Shown here piece by piece: positions 26,154 through 38,225 of a stretch of 64,000 nucleotides of DNA. Below the pieces are notes generated by a model. It ran no database searches and was not told the origin of the DNA. It saw nothing but the letters and a program-made list of their open reading frames with translations. Source of the DNA: Gnetum montanum (Eukaryota > Plantae > Gnetophyta); the NCBI GenBank assembly GCA_015680685.1, contig MNCI01000001.1, positions 192,524 through 256,523 of the forward strand, read 5' to 3'. Each line of letters begins with the position of its first letter. Within the stretch, counting starts at the first letter, position 1. A program made the position numbers and the translations under genes.

Positions 26154-26727
26154 TTAAACATCACATTCCTTAATGGTGTGAAGTTTGATGGAGAGGATCA
26201 GATAGTCCCAAGCAGTGGTGGTCGAGGCTAGTGTGGCTATCTTGTTGCTATTGAAACTTCTAGTCGTAGGCAAAAAAGCATCTAGTAGTGCTATCACTTT
26301 CTCCTCCTTACTTCTATGATCATGCACTATCCATGAAACTTTGCCAATGTGAGTTGGAATGGGCACATCCAAAGGACATGGGATTGATGAAAAGATCTCC
26401 TTCGTGTTGATAAAATAGGTAGCAAATTATTTGTGTTCAATGTTGAATGCTCTGACTACATCCTTCAAATCCTAGTAATCATTCATCCTTTTAGCTAAGT
26501 TCTCAACAATTGATCTTTGATCCATGAATCATGCTTTGAGAACTTTGAGTTTAGAATTTGCAATATCAAGCTTCTACTTGATATCTTTATGGTTTTTGAA
26601 CTCTACCTTGTATAGAAAATATAAGCTAGCCACTTGTTTTTCTAACTCTAACCGTGGTCGTCTGGTAGTCAGCAATACTAGGTTCACATAGTGAAGATTG
26701 GCCAACTTCCCATGTGTTAGGAGGAAA
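26154..26727 (-). pseudogene. Extra ORF downstream of pol in the Athila-like element (env-like position; coiled-coil-like)
   Basis: A single frame FLLTHGK...LELEKQVASLYFLYKVEFKNHKDIK*KLDIANSKLKVLKA*FMDQRSIVENLAKRMNDY... continues into ORF-track 26154..26372. Confidence 0.55.
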
Positions 26728-28389
26728 CTGATAAAAATTTCAAAGTTTACAGTGGTATATATAGGGTTTTTTCATTGCGTTAACAAGGCCTCATCAATAT
26801 AGCTATTGACTACCATAGGTGACCATTGACTTTGGTCAAACTTACAAAATATAGAGATTTTTTGAATGAAATTGGGATCAAATGAAAGCTCAAAAGGCCA
26901 TGAATAGTATGAAAATGCAAGAAGAGGATGTTGAAGCTCATAAATTTGGAAAATGGAGAAAAATGATTTAGGAGATGAATAGAATAAAAGGTTAAGGAGA
27001 ACTAAGCAAAATACACAGTGGAATATGTGAAAGATAGGATTGTAGAAATGTTGAAGGTAAGAAACCTTACCTAACCAAACCAAGAGCTATGCAAGTGGGT
27101 CCTTCCTATAGTAGTCTCATGCCCTCATTGCCCTTGTAAAACCTCAACTAAGAAGTTTGTGGGCCCCATAGTTGATTAATGGTCATGCAAAGTTAAGGAC
27201 CAACCAAAAAGAATCTATCCAAGAATTTAAACACATCAAACCAAGACATAGAGCATAACATAGAACCTGGTAGTGAGGTGAGTTATGGAAACATGGATGG
27301 ATGATGGAGAAGGTGGAATGAAATTTCAAATTAAGGTCATAAGAAGTCTATTGTCAATTTTGTGTTTAAAATGACCTGAGAAGATCCATCCTTAGTCCAA
27401 ATCAAAACCAACCACTTTCAGTGACTTTGCATCACCACTCTAAGACTAGTCCACACACACAAGAGTGTTTTCAAAAAAAAAACCACCATTCCATAAAGAA
27501 AAGAAAATAGAGAAGTAGAAAGTGAGAGAGGGACTTAGTTAGAGGGGACCTTCAAGCATGGGTTCATGTCTTTCTAGTTACATAACTAGTGTTTATAGCC
27601 CGTTTATTTGTCTAAGGGATGTGTTTTGAATTTCCATCATGTTTTTTTTTTCGAATTTTTGGATGGAAACCACACCATGCAGAGACTTATTCTTTTATTA
27701 TGTCTAAGGGGTGTGCTTTGAATTGCCATCATTTTTTTCTAAATTTTTTCAATGGGAACCACACCATGTAAAGACTTTATTTGACTTGCTACTAGTGGTT
27801 GGAATGGAACGGTAAGAAGTCCATGAAAAACACTCAAGCACTCAAGCAAGTAGAAGAGTACAAAGAGTATTTAGTCCTTTTGAAGTTACACCCTTTAAAA
27901 ACCTTTGAATCCTTCCTAATTTCAAAAATACCAAGGTCATTGATGATTAAAAGTTTCTTTAATGGAAGGGACCTCAAATTCCCATAACAAGGAAAACCAT
28001 AGAGTTTATTGGATGCGTGGATGATGTGGACTCACTGCCTATTCCATGAAAAATAAACCATGTCATAGTCATCACACATCAAAATTCAAAAATATAAACC
28101 AAACATTGACAATCACAACATTAAGCACAAACCATCATTTGTAAATAGCAACAGTGGCACTATGTCCTATGGCAATAAAGCACTTTTATTAGCAAAAATG
28201 ATGAAAAGTCACACACAAAAATAAATAAATAAATAAAACATACTATAAAGTGTAAAATAATCAAGAAAGGCTCAAAGGTACTAATGATGGTGTAAAATTA
28301 GAAAAATTTAAAAATCAAAAATTTGTAAAATAAATAATTTGCAAAAATAAAAAAATGTGAAAAAGAAAAAGTAGAAAAAAATTAGAAGC

Positions 28390-31300
28390 CATATGGATTG
28401 TTAGCATGGATGGCTGTCTCCCCCATGATTGAGTTGGAAGGAGGAGATATGAAAAATGGTATGTGGTTTTCCATTCATTGAGGTGGTAGTTGCACTAGCC
28501 TATCTTGGTTTGAGGAGAGGTTTTACTTGTTGGATGTTGACAATCTGCTTTTTATTTGGGCTTTCAAGCTTATAGATCAACATGGCCCCTGAGGGAAAGG
28601 TCTAATCAATTATATAAGGTCTCTCCAACAATGTTTGAAATTTTACCTTTTAGGGTAAATGTGTGGGGTTCTAATAGAGGATCTTATCTCTTAGTTGAAG
28701 TTTTACCTTTCATATTCTTAGGTCATGACATTACTTGTTGAATGTCTTATGCACCTTGTTCAAAGATAGGGCTACTAATCGATTTTCATTTGGCACATTT
28801 AGGTTGATCAATGTTTTTTTCTATGATAGACTTAGGTCAAGATTTAGATTACAAGCTATTGAAACTGTACAAAACTTGAATTCAATTGGGAGTGTTGGAA
28901 GTTTTTTGTACACCAACTTGTAGGAAGAGTAGCTAATAGGAAGTTTCCAGGTTTAGCAATAAGCCTAGAGGGCATTGTTAAGTTTTGTATTCTAATCTCT
29001 CCTATATTTATTAATGGTTTGTGTTAGTATTTTTGTGATGTCCAAATTGGTTACCTTTGCTTGAGCATTGGNAAAAAACTTCCAACACTCCCAATTGAAT
29101 TCAAGTTTTGTACAGTCTCAATAGCTTGTAATCTAAATCTTGACCTAAGTCTATCATAGAAAAAAACATTGATCAACCTAAATGTGCCAAATGAAAATCG
29201 ATTAGTAGCCCNGTTTTTTGTATAAATCTAGTAGCAGTGAATGATGTACAATTAGTAACAGCTATTGCTTCTATCCATTTTTTGTAGTAGTCAACTGTTA
29301 TGATAATATATGCCTTTCTATTGGACATGGGGGTGATGGGACCTAGGATGTCAATGCCCCATATGTTAAAAGGTTCTAGTGGTTGAATCCACTATTGAGG
29401 ACCTTCCATGTGAGCGGTCATCCCTACATCTCATTGAAAATGTTCACAAGATTAGATAAATTGATGAGCATCCTTGAAGATTGTAGGCCAATAGTATCCT
29501 ATCATTATGATTTTTATGGCCATGCATCTCCTTTCATAGTGGCCTCCACAAGGTCCTTCGTGAGCATCTTGGAGAAAATGTAGTTGATCTTTTTCAGGGA
29601 CACACCAATGAATCAAGTCATTGATGCACACCTTGTAAAGGTATCTATTGATTTCTATGAAATATTTGGCCTGATAGAGAAATTGTTACCTCTTCCTAAA
29701 GTCAAAATCTTGTGGCATCTTCTAAGTGAGAAGATAGGTGAGGATGCCATTATACTAGGTTTTTTTTACAAGCATTTTATCATTTAGTGCTCTTGTAAAG
29801 AGGGGTTCATCTAGAAAAAGATCAGAGAGTAGTCTCTCCTCCTCTTTATTATCCCATCTTAAGTAAGAGAGGTGGTCACCGATCAAATTTTTGGTTTCTT
29901 TTCAATCTACCATCATGAGATCAAATTCTTGTAAGATCATGAGTCACATTATGATACGAGGGCTCACCATTGACTTACTCATAAGGATGTGGATTGCACT
30001 ATGGTCCATGTGCAGAAATACTTTTTAGCCAAGCACATAGTGCCTAAAATTTTCAAGAGCATACACCATGGCCATTAGTTCTTTCTCCAAGGTAGTGTAA
30101 TTTAATTATGCTTCCAAAATGCTTTGGCTCATGTAGTGGATGTATTATGGGCATTTCTTATCATCCATTTGTGTGAGCACTACTCCCAAGGCATAGTTAA
30201 ATACATCTATCATGATGTTAAAGGGTCTAGATTAGTTTGGTGCTCATAGGATTGTTGTTTCTACGAGTTTCTCCTTTACCTATTGGAATGCATGTTCACA
30301 TTCCTTGGTCTAAATGAAAGGTGCATCTTTCTTTGTAAGCTCTACCAATGATTTTATGATCTTAGAGGAATTCTCTATAAATTGTCCATAGTAGCTAGTG
30401 TGTCCAAGGAATGACTGAACATCTTTAATTATCTATGGTTGGCATGTTATTCCTTGGATTATCCTTATCTTTTATGGGTCTATCTCAATCCCTACTTGAG
30501 TGATTCTATGCCCTAGTACAATGCCTTCTTGGACCATGAGATGGCCCTTTTGCTAGTTGAGGCACAAATTTGTTTCAACACATCTCTTCAATACTTGCTC
30601 AAGGTGGTCCAAGGCTTCCTCAAATGTAGCTCCATAGGTGGAACAGTTATCCATGAAGACTTCCACACCATTACTGATATACTATGGGAANCAGTTATCC
30701 ATGAAGACTTCCACACCATTACTGATATACTATGGGAAAATACTAAGGACCAGACATTGGAATGTTGTAGGGGCATTGCATAGATTTTATGGCATCTTAC
30801 AATATGCAAAAGCCCCCTAGGGACTCATGAATGTTGTCTTAGCTTTATCTTCTAGTGTAATTTGGATTTGGTTATAGCCACTATAACTATCCAAGAAGCT
30901 ATAATAAGAATGCCCATATATGGTGTCCAACACTTGATCCACAAATGATAATGAAAAATAATCTTTAAATTTTACCATATTCAACAACCTAAAGTTGATG
31001 CAGATCCACCATTTCCCATCTTTCTTTAGCATAATTATGAGTATGCTAACCCACTCACTATACACAATGGGATAGATGAACCCTACCTTGAGGAGTTGTT
31101 CAATTTCCTCCTTGATGATCTACTTCAATTTGGGATTCAACTGCCTCTACAACTACCTTCTAGGCTCCATGGCTAGGTTGGTGTAAATGTGATGCTAGCA
31201 TATCCTTGGATCAATTCCTATTAGCTCAAGATATGACTAAGCAAAGGCTGTTGACCATTTGTTAACCACATTTAACAGATTTTATTTTTGTTTAAGAGAA

Positions 31301-32100
31301 AGTTTGGAATTAATTATGATTGATTTTCCATTATTTAAAAATGCATATTCCATGTCATCTAGTAAGGTTTTAAGCTTTGAGGGCTCTTGCTTGAAGTTAT
31401 CAAGGATTTCCAACTCTCCCCAATAGGAATCATCATATTCATCATAGAATTGGAGATGAACTTATTCAAATTTATTCATGCCTTCAACATAAGAACATGT
31501 TAGGCTCTCATTTGGTTACATGCATAATGTGATGCTATCTGAATTAGTTATTAGCCACTCAGTGCTCTCTTGTTTTGTGGTTGCTACATACAAACACCTT
31601 TGAATATGTATTTGTTATGCACATTGATTGCATGCTTTAATGTATATACTTTTGATAGATCAAATATTTTACACATAATTGCACTTGTTATCGCTATACA
31701 TAATGCATAGAATACACTTCCTCTCTAACTTACCAAATTTATTTTCTTTGGATATTTCTAGAGAGAGGTCCCTTATGCCCATACATGTGTCAACCATGCT
31801 TAACAAAGATCTTTCCATAATGATGGGGAAGTCACTTTTGCAATTTTCAACCATGAGAACTAGAAAATTAGCAAGATAGGACCACCCACAAACTATAGTT
31901 ACAATGTCCTCTACTAATCCTATAGGGATAGTAATTGACTGATATATCAATTCTAGATGGATGTTGCTCTTCTTGAGAGGTGGTAGGTTCCAGGCCTGGT
32001 ACATGTCATGGGAGATGAGATTAACTTCGAAACTAAATCAAGAAGAGCCTTACATGGCTCATGTCCAATGATATGTAGGTAAATGAGTGGACTTCTTAGG
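28390..32100 (-). pseudogene. pol: Athila-like pol remnant (PR-RT-RH-INT)
   Basis: KALLDL (PR); SEWVS...KKDGKWWICINFRLLN...KDYFSLSFVDQVLD...YYSFLDSYSGYNQIQI..EDKAKTTF; EVFMDN (FMDD site); RNase H and integrase PFNIWGIDILGP. Boundaries approximate. Confidence 0.9.
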
Positions 32101-34200
32101 TTAGATATTTTTCTAGGAAGATTGCCAACCTTGATCTAGTTGGAAACATCATGAGTTAGCATCATAGTGAGAATCTAAAGTGACATTTAATTTGAAGTGT
32201 ACTCAAAGGTATTTGATGCAGAGGATGAGGGTATTAGAGATGCAGGATGATTAGCCATACTAGGTTGTGAGGGTTGGAGAGGATTTCTAGGTTGAAAGAA
32301 GGGTCTTTTTTTAGATTGATTATCCAAACCACTTAACTAAAAAGCCAGTTGTGAATGTACAACCCTGGTAGCATTTTGTTGTTGTGGTTGTGAAGGAATC
32401 TCACCTTGCATGGATGAAGCATGAGGTAACTAAGTTGAAGGTGAACGTGTGTATGCAGATGGATGTGGAGGGTGGTATGGATATGGGTTTTTCCCTCGAG
32501 TAGATGGTGAATGTGTTTAGTGGTACTTTGGAGGGTAATAGTGATGTTAAAATGAGGTATGGCTTGTAGAACTTCTTGGAGAGATGGGTTGCTAAATATA
32601 GTACCTATATGGATCTGGTTGCCTATAAGGGTACTATTTCCTTGGAGGTGGCATTTCCCATAATTTTGATTGGTACCATTGTTGGTATTATTCATAAGGT
32701 TTTGGAGGAGCTCCACTTGGATAGTAAGCTTGTTGTTGTTGGTGGAACTATCTTGGATTGCCTTGAGGATAAGGCAATCGTCTAGGTGCTTGCCTACATG
32801 CTAGTCAAAGATTCAATGCATACATCCCAAACTCTTGTAACTGTGACACCACAGGGCAACAACCCTTTGGATGTTCATATTGACAAATGTCACAATTAGT
32901 TTCATCATTAGAGTCAGTTTCCATAACTTTCTCTATAGCAGTAGCTTTGCCCTTACCTCTTTGGTAGGCACGTTTAGCTTCTTTTTGTCTCTTGCAATTA
33001 TGATCACTATTTTGCTCTTTGGATTTTTCAGCAATCTTTATAGCATCTTAGAATTTTTCATCCAAAGAGTCCCATAATTTATCAACCTTTGCCAAAATAT
33101 TAGAAACAAATTTTTGGATGGGAAACGTTTTCCTATTTACCACTTCATCAAGTGGTGATTCCTATTTGTCACAAAATGGGACCTCTCATTTCTTGATGGA
33201 AGGATCCCTATTATACGCTTCTACACTTTCTGGTTTTTTCAACTCACCTTCTTCTTTTACTACCTACTCTACTAGGCTTTGGATTTTATGAGCTCTTAAT
33301 TTAGACAATCTTCCTTGGGCATACACCCCAAGAGTTCTCCTAGTTTCTGCTTTGAGCCCATCTATGATGTGGCAAAGTTGTTCCTTTTGAGAATAACCAT
33401 GAGTAGGGTATTAGTGTAAGAGTGAATAATATCTACCCATAGCAACATCCAACAGTTCATGTGTTTCTTGTTTCCATCCTTAGATCTTCCTTGTTAGATT
33501 AGACACTCTAGAGTATGTTTTATTTGTCATTAAATAGCTCCAACATGGTACTCAATCTACGAATAAATTCTAGTTCCAAGGATCGACACCAAATTTCAAC
33601 TTCCTTGATGAGTGTCTTGGGAAAAAGCTTGAGTTTTTTCCACTCATTTTCTATATTTTTTAAGGCACAAGCATCATGGAAAGCTTTTAGGTGCATCTAT
33701 AGGTTAGGGTTGTATCCCCCTTCAAATCTTGAAAAATTATTCATGTCTAAGTGCTTCATCCTACTATCTTTTACATCCCTCATTAGGATCTTCAATATCT
33801 TTGGAATGTTGGGAATGCTTTGAGTAGATAAACGAGGTTCATCATCATTGCTATGTTGATGAAACTGATGATGGTTTTTACCACCCCTTCAGTCTTGGTG
33901 GCCTTCATGGTCATTGTTGTCTCGTTGATTACCTTCATAATGATTATCCCAACAACGCATTCTATGAGAATTAGACAATGAAGAGGAATGTTTAGAATCT
34001 AATGAAGAGGATGAAGAGGAATGTGGATTAGCAATTCCACTATAATGTCTACCATCATCCCTTTGTTCATTATGACCATCATCCTTAGATCCCTTGCCAT
34101 TGCAATGCTTGCTTGAGTACCTGCCTTGACTATCACTCTTTCTAGAACCTAGTTTATGAATAGTGGATCATAGGTTTATGGTCACACCTTCGTCATCATA
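32100..34200 (-). pseudogene. gag: Athila-like gag remnant
   Basis: RFEGGYNP...HLKAFHDAC...KLKLFPKTL...W (retrotransposon gag core, ~33560-33740) followed by low-complexity P/Q/N-rich linker. Boundaries approximate. Confidence 0.72.
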
Positions 34201-34764
34201 ATAGAGGGTGGAGAGTTTTCATATTAAGTACCCTCAAAAGGAGGATCCACATTTTCATCTTGGTTTAGCAAGAATAAGGAATTATTAAAGTATTTCCCCT
34301 TTGTAAACTCATGGTATTACTCTTGGTGTTGATCTTTCCTGCATTGTGTTTTAGTGGGATGGTAGTCCTAAGTGTCATAACTATTTACAATGTATTCTCT
34401 ATGAAGATTTGATATGTCCAACTTCTTAAGAGTTTGAAGCAACATCCCAAGTACATATCGATCAGGGGACAAGACAATGTTGCTCTCCATATCACACCAT
34501 CGCAACTGTTCATCCTAATGTAGGATGAAGGTGAAGTCTAGTACATACTTATTTGGATGAGTATATACCACTTTTCACTCCTGTGGGACTAGTGGTTTGA
34601 CATCTTCACATCTCTAGGAAGAAGAAGATAATTTGAAAAATGAAAAAAATTATTAGTGTGCTTAGTATTTTATATGTCGTTGAGAGTGATGTTGACCTTG
34701 AGTTTGTCCAATGATATAAATAAAATTTACTAATCCTAGATAGTGCACATTTCAACAAACAAAG

Positions 34765-34782
34765 TCCTTAGCAGTGATGCCA
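34765..34782 (-). promoter_or_regulatory. Eroded primer-binding site, tRNA-Asp type
   Basis: Minus strand TGGCATCACTGCTAAGGA versus the Athila PBS TGGCGCCGTTGCCGGGGA. All differences are transitions. It lies 1 nt from the LTR end. Confidence 0.7.
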
Positions 34783-34783
34783 A

Positions 34784-35672
34784 TGATGAGTGATAAGGTA
34801 CCCCTAGGCCCAACCATATGAATCACAAGAGTTCACACATGATCTAGTCAAATTCCATAGACTTTGTAGTTTTTGGTGCACTAGCCCTCTAGGAAGTGAA
34901 CCTTGCCTTAAGGTCATTTGTTGTCTTCCTAATTACACTTGTGATGTACACTGGTATGGTTAAGTGTAATTGAGGCATCTTATTTTTATCATTTTGTATT
35001 TTATGATTTTGGTATTTAAATTAAGATAAAAGTAATTGAATTAACTAATTTAATTTAACTAATTAACTAGTATCTAAGGAGTCCTAACATAAGCATCTGG
35101 TCCCACTTGCTGCACATGTCTCGAACCCACGTATCCACTTCTAGGTTACCAAGTGCTATGCTATTAGGCATACTAAGAAATAATGCTTCTAGAATTACCA
35201 AGCCAATACGTGTTATGCTCCTATTTTTTTAATCTATCTAACTTATCTTGCTTAATTACTTCATTAGCTTAATTATGGAAAAACATTAAATGCATAAATG
35301 AAACATTTAAGCTATTTAGAATTCTACAGGGTTTATCAAGAAGTTCATCTTTATTGCCATACAAACTATTGTGCTTAGGTAAAACAATGCTCAAATAAAG
35401 ATCCATAAACTCAATGACTCCTACAACGGGCACTCAAGATAAATATTCTAATTCTCAAGTGATAAAATTGCAAGAACTTTTCTACTATTGAAATCTCATT
35501 TTCATAAATGTAGCTAGTGGGCATGTATTTATAGCCAAAGAGAAAACACTATGTCGATGGGGCCTTATCGACACATGATACAATGCGTCGACGGGACCTC
35601 ATCAGCAAGGTCTAGTGAACAAGGTCGTGTCGATGGGGCCTCATCAACATAGCCAAGAAATGTGACTCATCA
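34784..35672 (-). repeat. Athila-like 5' LTR (889 bp)
   Basis: TGATGAG...CTCATCA termini; colinear with 25089-25964. Confidence 0.92.
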
Positions 35673-35677
35673 ATAGT

Positions 35678-36545
35678 ACTTAGATAACCTAGCCATTTCA
35701 ATGATGGGAAATTGATATTATCAAACCTATAATGCTTGAGTCTTCCATCAAGCATAGCTTCATAATCACTACAATCAAATACTTTATGAAATTGTTGATG
35801 TTATCCTTATAAAGAAAACAACATTCCAACAAGTCTATAAATTCATACTAGATAACATTATGTCCCATTTTGGCATACCTCTAACTATAGTCATAGACAA
35901 TGGGCTATAGTTTATTAGTCAAGAAATGCAAGTCTTTTATGACCAACTAAGCATTAAATACTCCTTTTCTTCACCATAATATCCACAAGCCAATAGATAA
36001 GCTGAAGCTATCAATAAAATCATCATAAAGTTGCTTAAAAAATGCTAAACAATAGTATACATAAGTGACATGAATGATTAATACATGTTCTTTGGGCCTA
36101 TAGAAAAACTTTTCAAACCACAACTAGTGCCATCTTGTATAGCCTTATTTATGGATTTGAAGTTGTATTGTCTCTTAAATTACAAGTTTCATCCTTGAGG
36201 ATAGCTTTATCAAATTTCATCAATGATGAGTAGAATAATGAGTTACATACTGTGGACCTAGATTCGGTGGAGAAGCAACAAATACAAATGCACTCTCATA
36301 TCAAATGATATTAAGAAAAGAAGAAACAACAACACCTTCATAACCTAAATAGGCATAAACTCAAGGAAGGATACCTTGTCCTCAAGGTCATTTGTGAACA
36401 TGTAGATAAGTTCATGGCCAATTTGGAAGGAACTTTCTTTATCACCATAGCTTATGAAAATGGGGCCTTCAAGTTCGTTGACATGGATGGAAATGAATTG
36501 ACCAATTTGGTCAATCATTCCTATCTTAAGCCTTACTATATCTAA
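35678..36545 (+). pseudogene. pol: Tat-A integrase core and C-terminus
   Basis: DNGL*FI; NPQANR*AEAINK; VLWAYR; YSLIYGFEVVL; KFMANLEGTF (GPY/F-like); stop at 36543-36545. Confidence 0.9.
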
Positions 36546-37730
36546 CATAACATATTTTCTTGTACCTTTTTTATTGCCTTTCCTTGAAACTTAAAATGAA
36601 TGGCCAATGTTGAAAACTCTTGAAGCCTATAACAAGTGAGCCTAGATGAACACTTATCTTTCTTTTTGATGCCATGAAGAGCTACAAAATTTGTACAAAT
36701 ATATGAATCAAAAATACAAATTTTTTGTGTTCTGTCCACTGTAACCAATGATAGCCTATGCCTACTTGTTTTCCCATGGTGGCCTCATGCAAATATATTG
36801 TAATTACATGTATTATTTTACTCATTGTTTGTCCTCTTGGAGTGGTATTTGTAGAATGAGCTTGAGATCATTACAAAGGTATGACTCATCATGGTAGTAA
36901 GTCATCATACAAGCTTGATACATGAGATTCAATTAGCTTGTTTGACTACACCAATAGTGTATATATCATATCACCTCCATCATCCCTCTGAAGTCATATT
37001 TCTCTAGTCAAACTATGGCCTCCCTTGCCTTGTTAATAATGGAAACCCTATGTTTGACATTCATGCAGTAAGGCCTTGTAACATTCCCTTCAATACACTT
37101 CATCCATCTAATTCATTGAATGTAATACATCTCATTCAACAAGAAGGTAGAAACCTAGTTCACTAGGTGTAACACATCTCATATGGTGAGAAAACAAAAA
37201 TCAAGTCCACTGAGGAAACAAAATTTAACTTTGGCAACGAAAACCAATGAAGGTTTCATCCAATAAAAAAAAGGGCAAGAAAATTACCTTGAAGACCAAA
37301 GAATACAATGAAGCCTAATGTAAAAACAATGGCTCCAAAAAAAATGAAGAGGAGCCTAATGGTCAAAGAGGCCTAAAAATGAAGTGTTGGCTCTACTAAG
37401 ACATCATCACATAGCCATTAATTCAAGTTGTCAAGCATGATAACTTCTTTAATAAGACATGTTAACATCATGTCATGGCCATGATGTCAATGTTTGAAAT
37501 TCCTTGTTAATCCCCTCTCCCCATTCGCCTCCCCTTGATAACCAATATGATATCTATCACATCTCAAACTCATAACATTTCCCAATGACCATATTTCACC
37601 ATGGTCAACATTCCTTGATATGATTTGACAATTACAAATCAAGTGTGGAGAGAGAGCATTGGTGATGAATTTGTAGTGATGTTTTGTGTTCTTTGTTGAT
37701 GCCTCTCAGGTCAATCCTCCAATCATCATC

Positions 37731-37743
37731 AAAGAGGAACCAA
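37731..37743 (+). promoter_or_regulatory. Polypurine tract of Tat-A
   Basis: AAAGAGGAACCAA immediately before the 3' LTR start TGAAACAC. Confidence 0.65.
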
Positions 37744-38225
37744 TGAAACACACCAAAAAAATTTAGCATTTGCATATGTGTCCCAATAGCCAAAGTGTTT
37801 ACATTATAATTTAATGGAAATTTCCAAGGAAGAAATCATTATCCATTTTCCATTGAAAATTTCACCTCATGATTTTACCCAGCTTAATTTGAATAGTTTC
37901 TATTATACAAAGCTATAATTTGTAGTGTATAAGTTGAAGGCCTCATTCAAGATATTGTATAGAGGCCAAAAATGTAAGTATGCTCTTAAAATTTGGCAAA
38001 AAAAGACAAAATTTTGTTAGCTTATATGTTGAGAAAATAGCATAAATACACTATCAACATTAGGAGGAAAAGCTATATACACTAAAGGTTCCTAAGTTGC
38101 AAATTTGGATGGTGGAGATGCTAATTACACTAGCATAAAAATTCCCAAAATGACATATATGCTAGCATCTATGTTGATGGAAAATTCCAATTACATTGAA
38201 GATTGAAGACAAAGTTCATATACAC
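37744..38225 (+). repeat. Tat-A 3' LTR, 5' part only (interrupted by Tat-B)
   Basis: Colinear with 11320-11793 and stops exactly where a new TGAAACACC begins. Confidence 0.88.

Larger units (their letters stand above)
25089..35672 (-). mobile_element. Full-length degenerate Athila-like Ty3/gypsy element nested in the Tat-A integrase
   Basis: TG...CA termini. 5-bp TSD ATAGT at 25084-25088 and 35673-35677. Removing the element rejoins the integrase (ELHS|T*IT*PFQ). Paired LTRs, eroded tRNA-Asp PBS, gag-PR-RT-RH-INT on the minus strand. Confidence 0.92.
11320..38225 (+). mobile_element. Tat/Ogre-type Ty3/gypsy LTR retrotransposon (Tat-A), degenerate, with nested insertions
   Basis: Two LTR starts TGAAACAC (11320 and 37744) that are colinear, a tRNA-Asn PBS, gag-PR, RT-RH-aRH-INT order, and a PPT before the 3' LTR. 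Confidence 0.88.

Noticed and set aside
28769-29212. Near-perfect 139-bp inverted repeat (28769-28907 versus 29073-29211), suggesting a hairpin or small-RNA locus
   Set aside because: The second copy is bounded by single Ns (29072, 29212) and differs at one base in very old DNA; most likely a mis-oriented scaffolding artefact.
30644-30738. Perfect 47-bp tandem duplication over the RT active-site region
   Set aside because: The copies are separated by a single N (30691), indicating an unmerged contig overlap.
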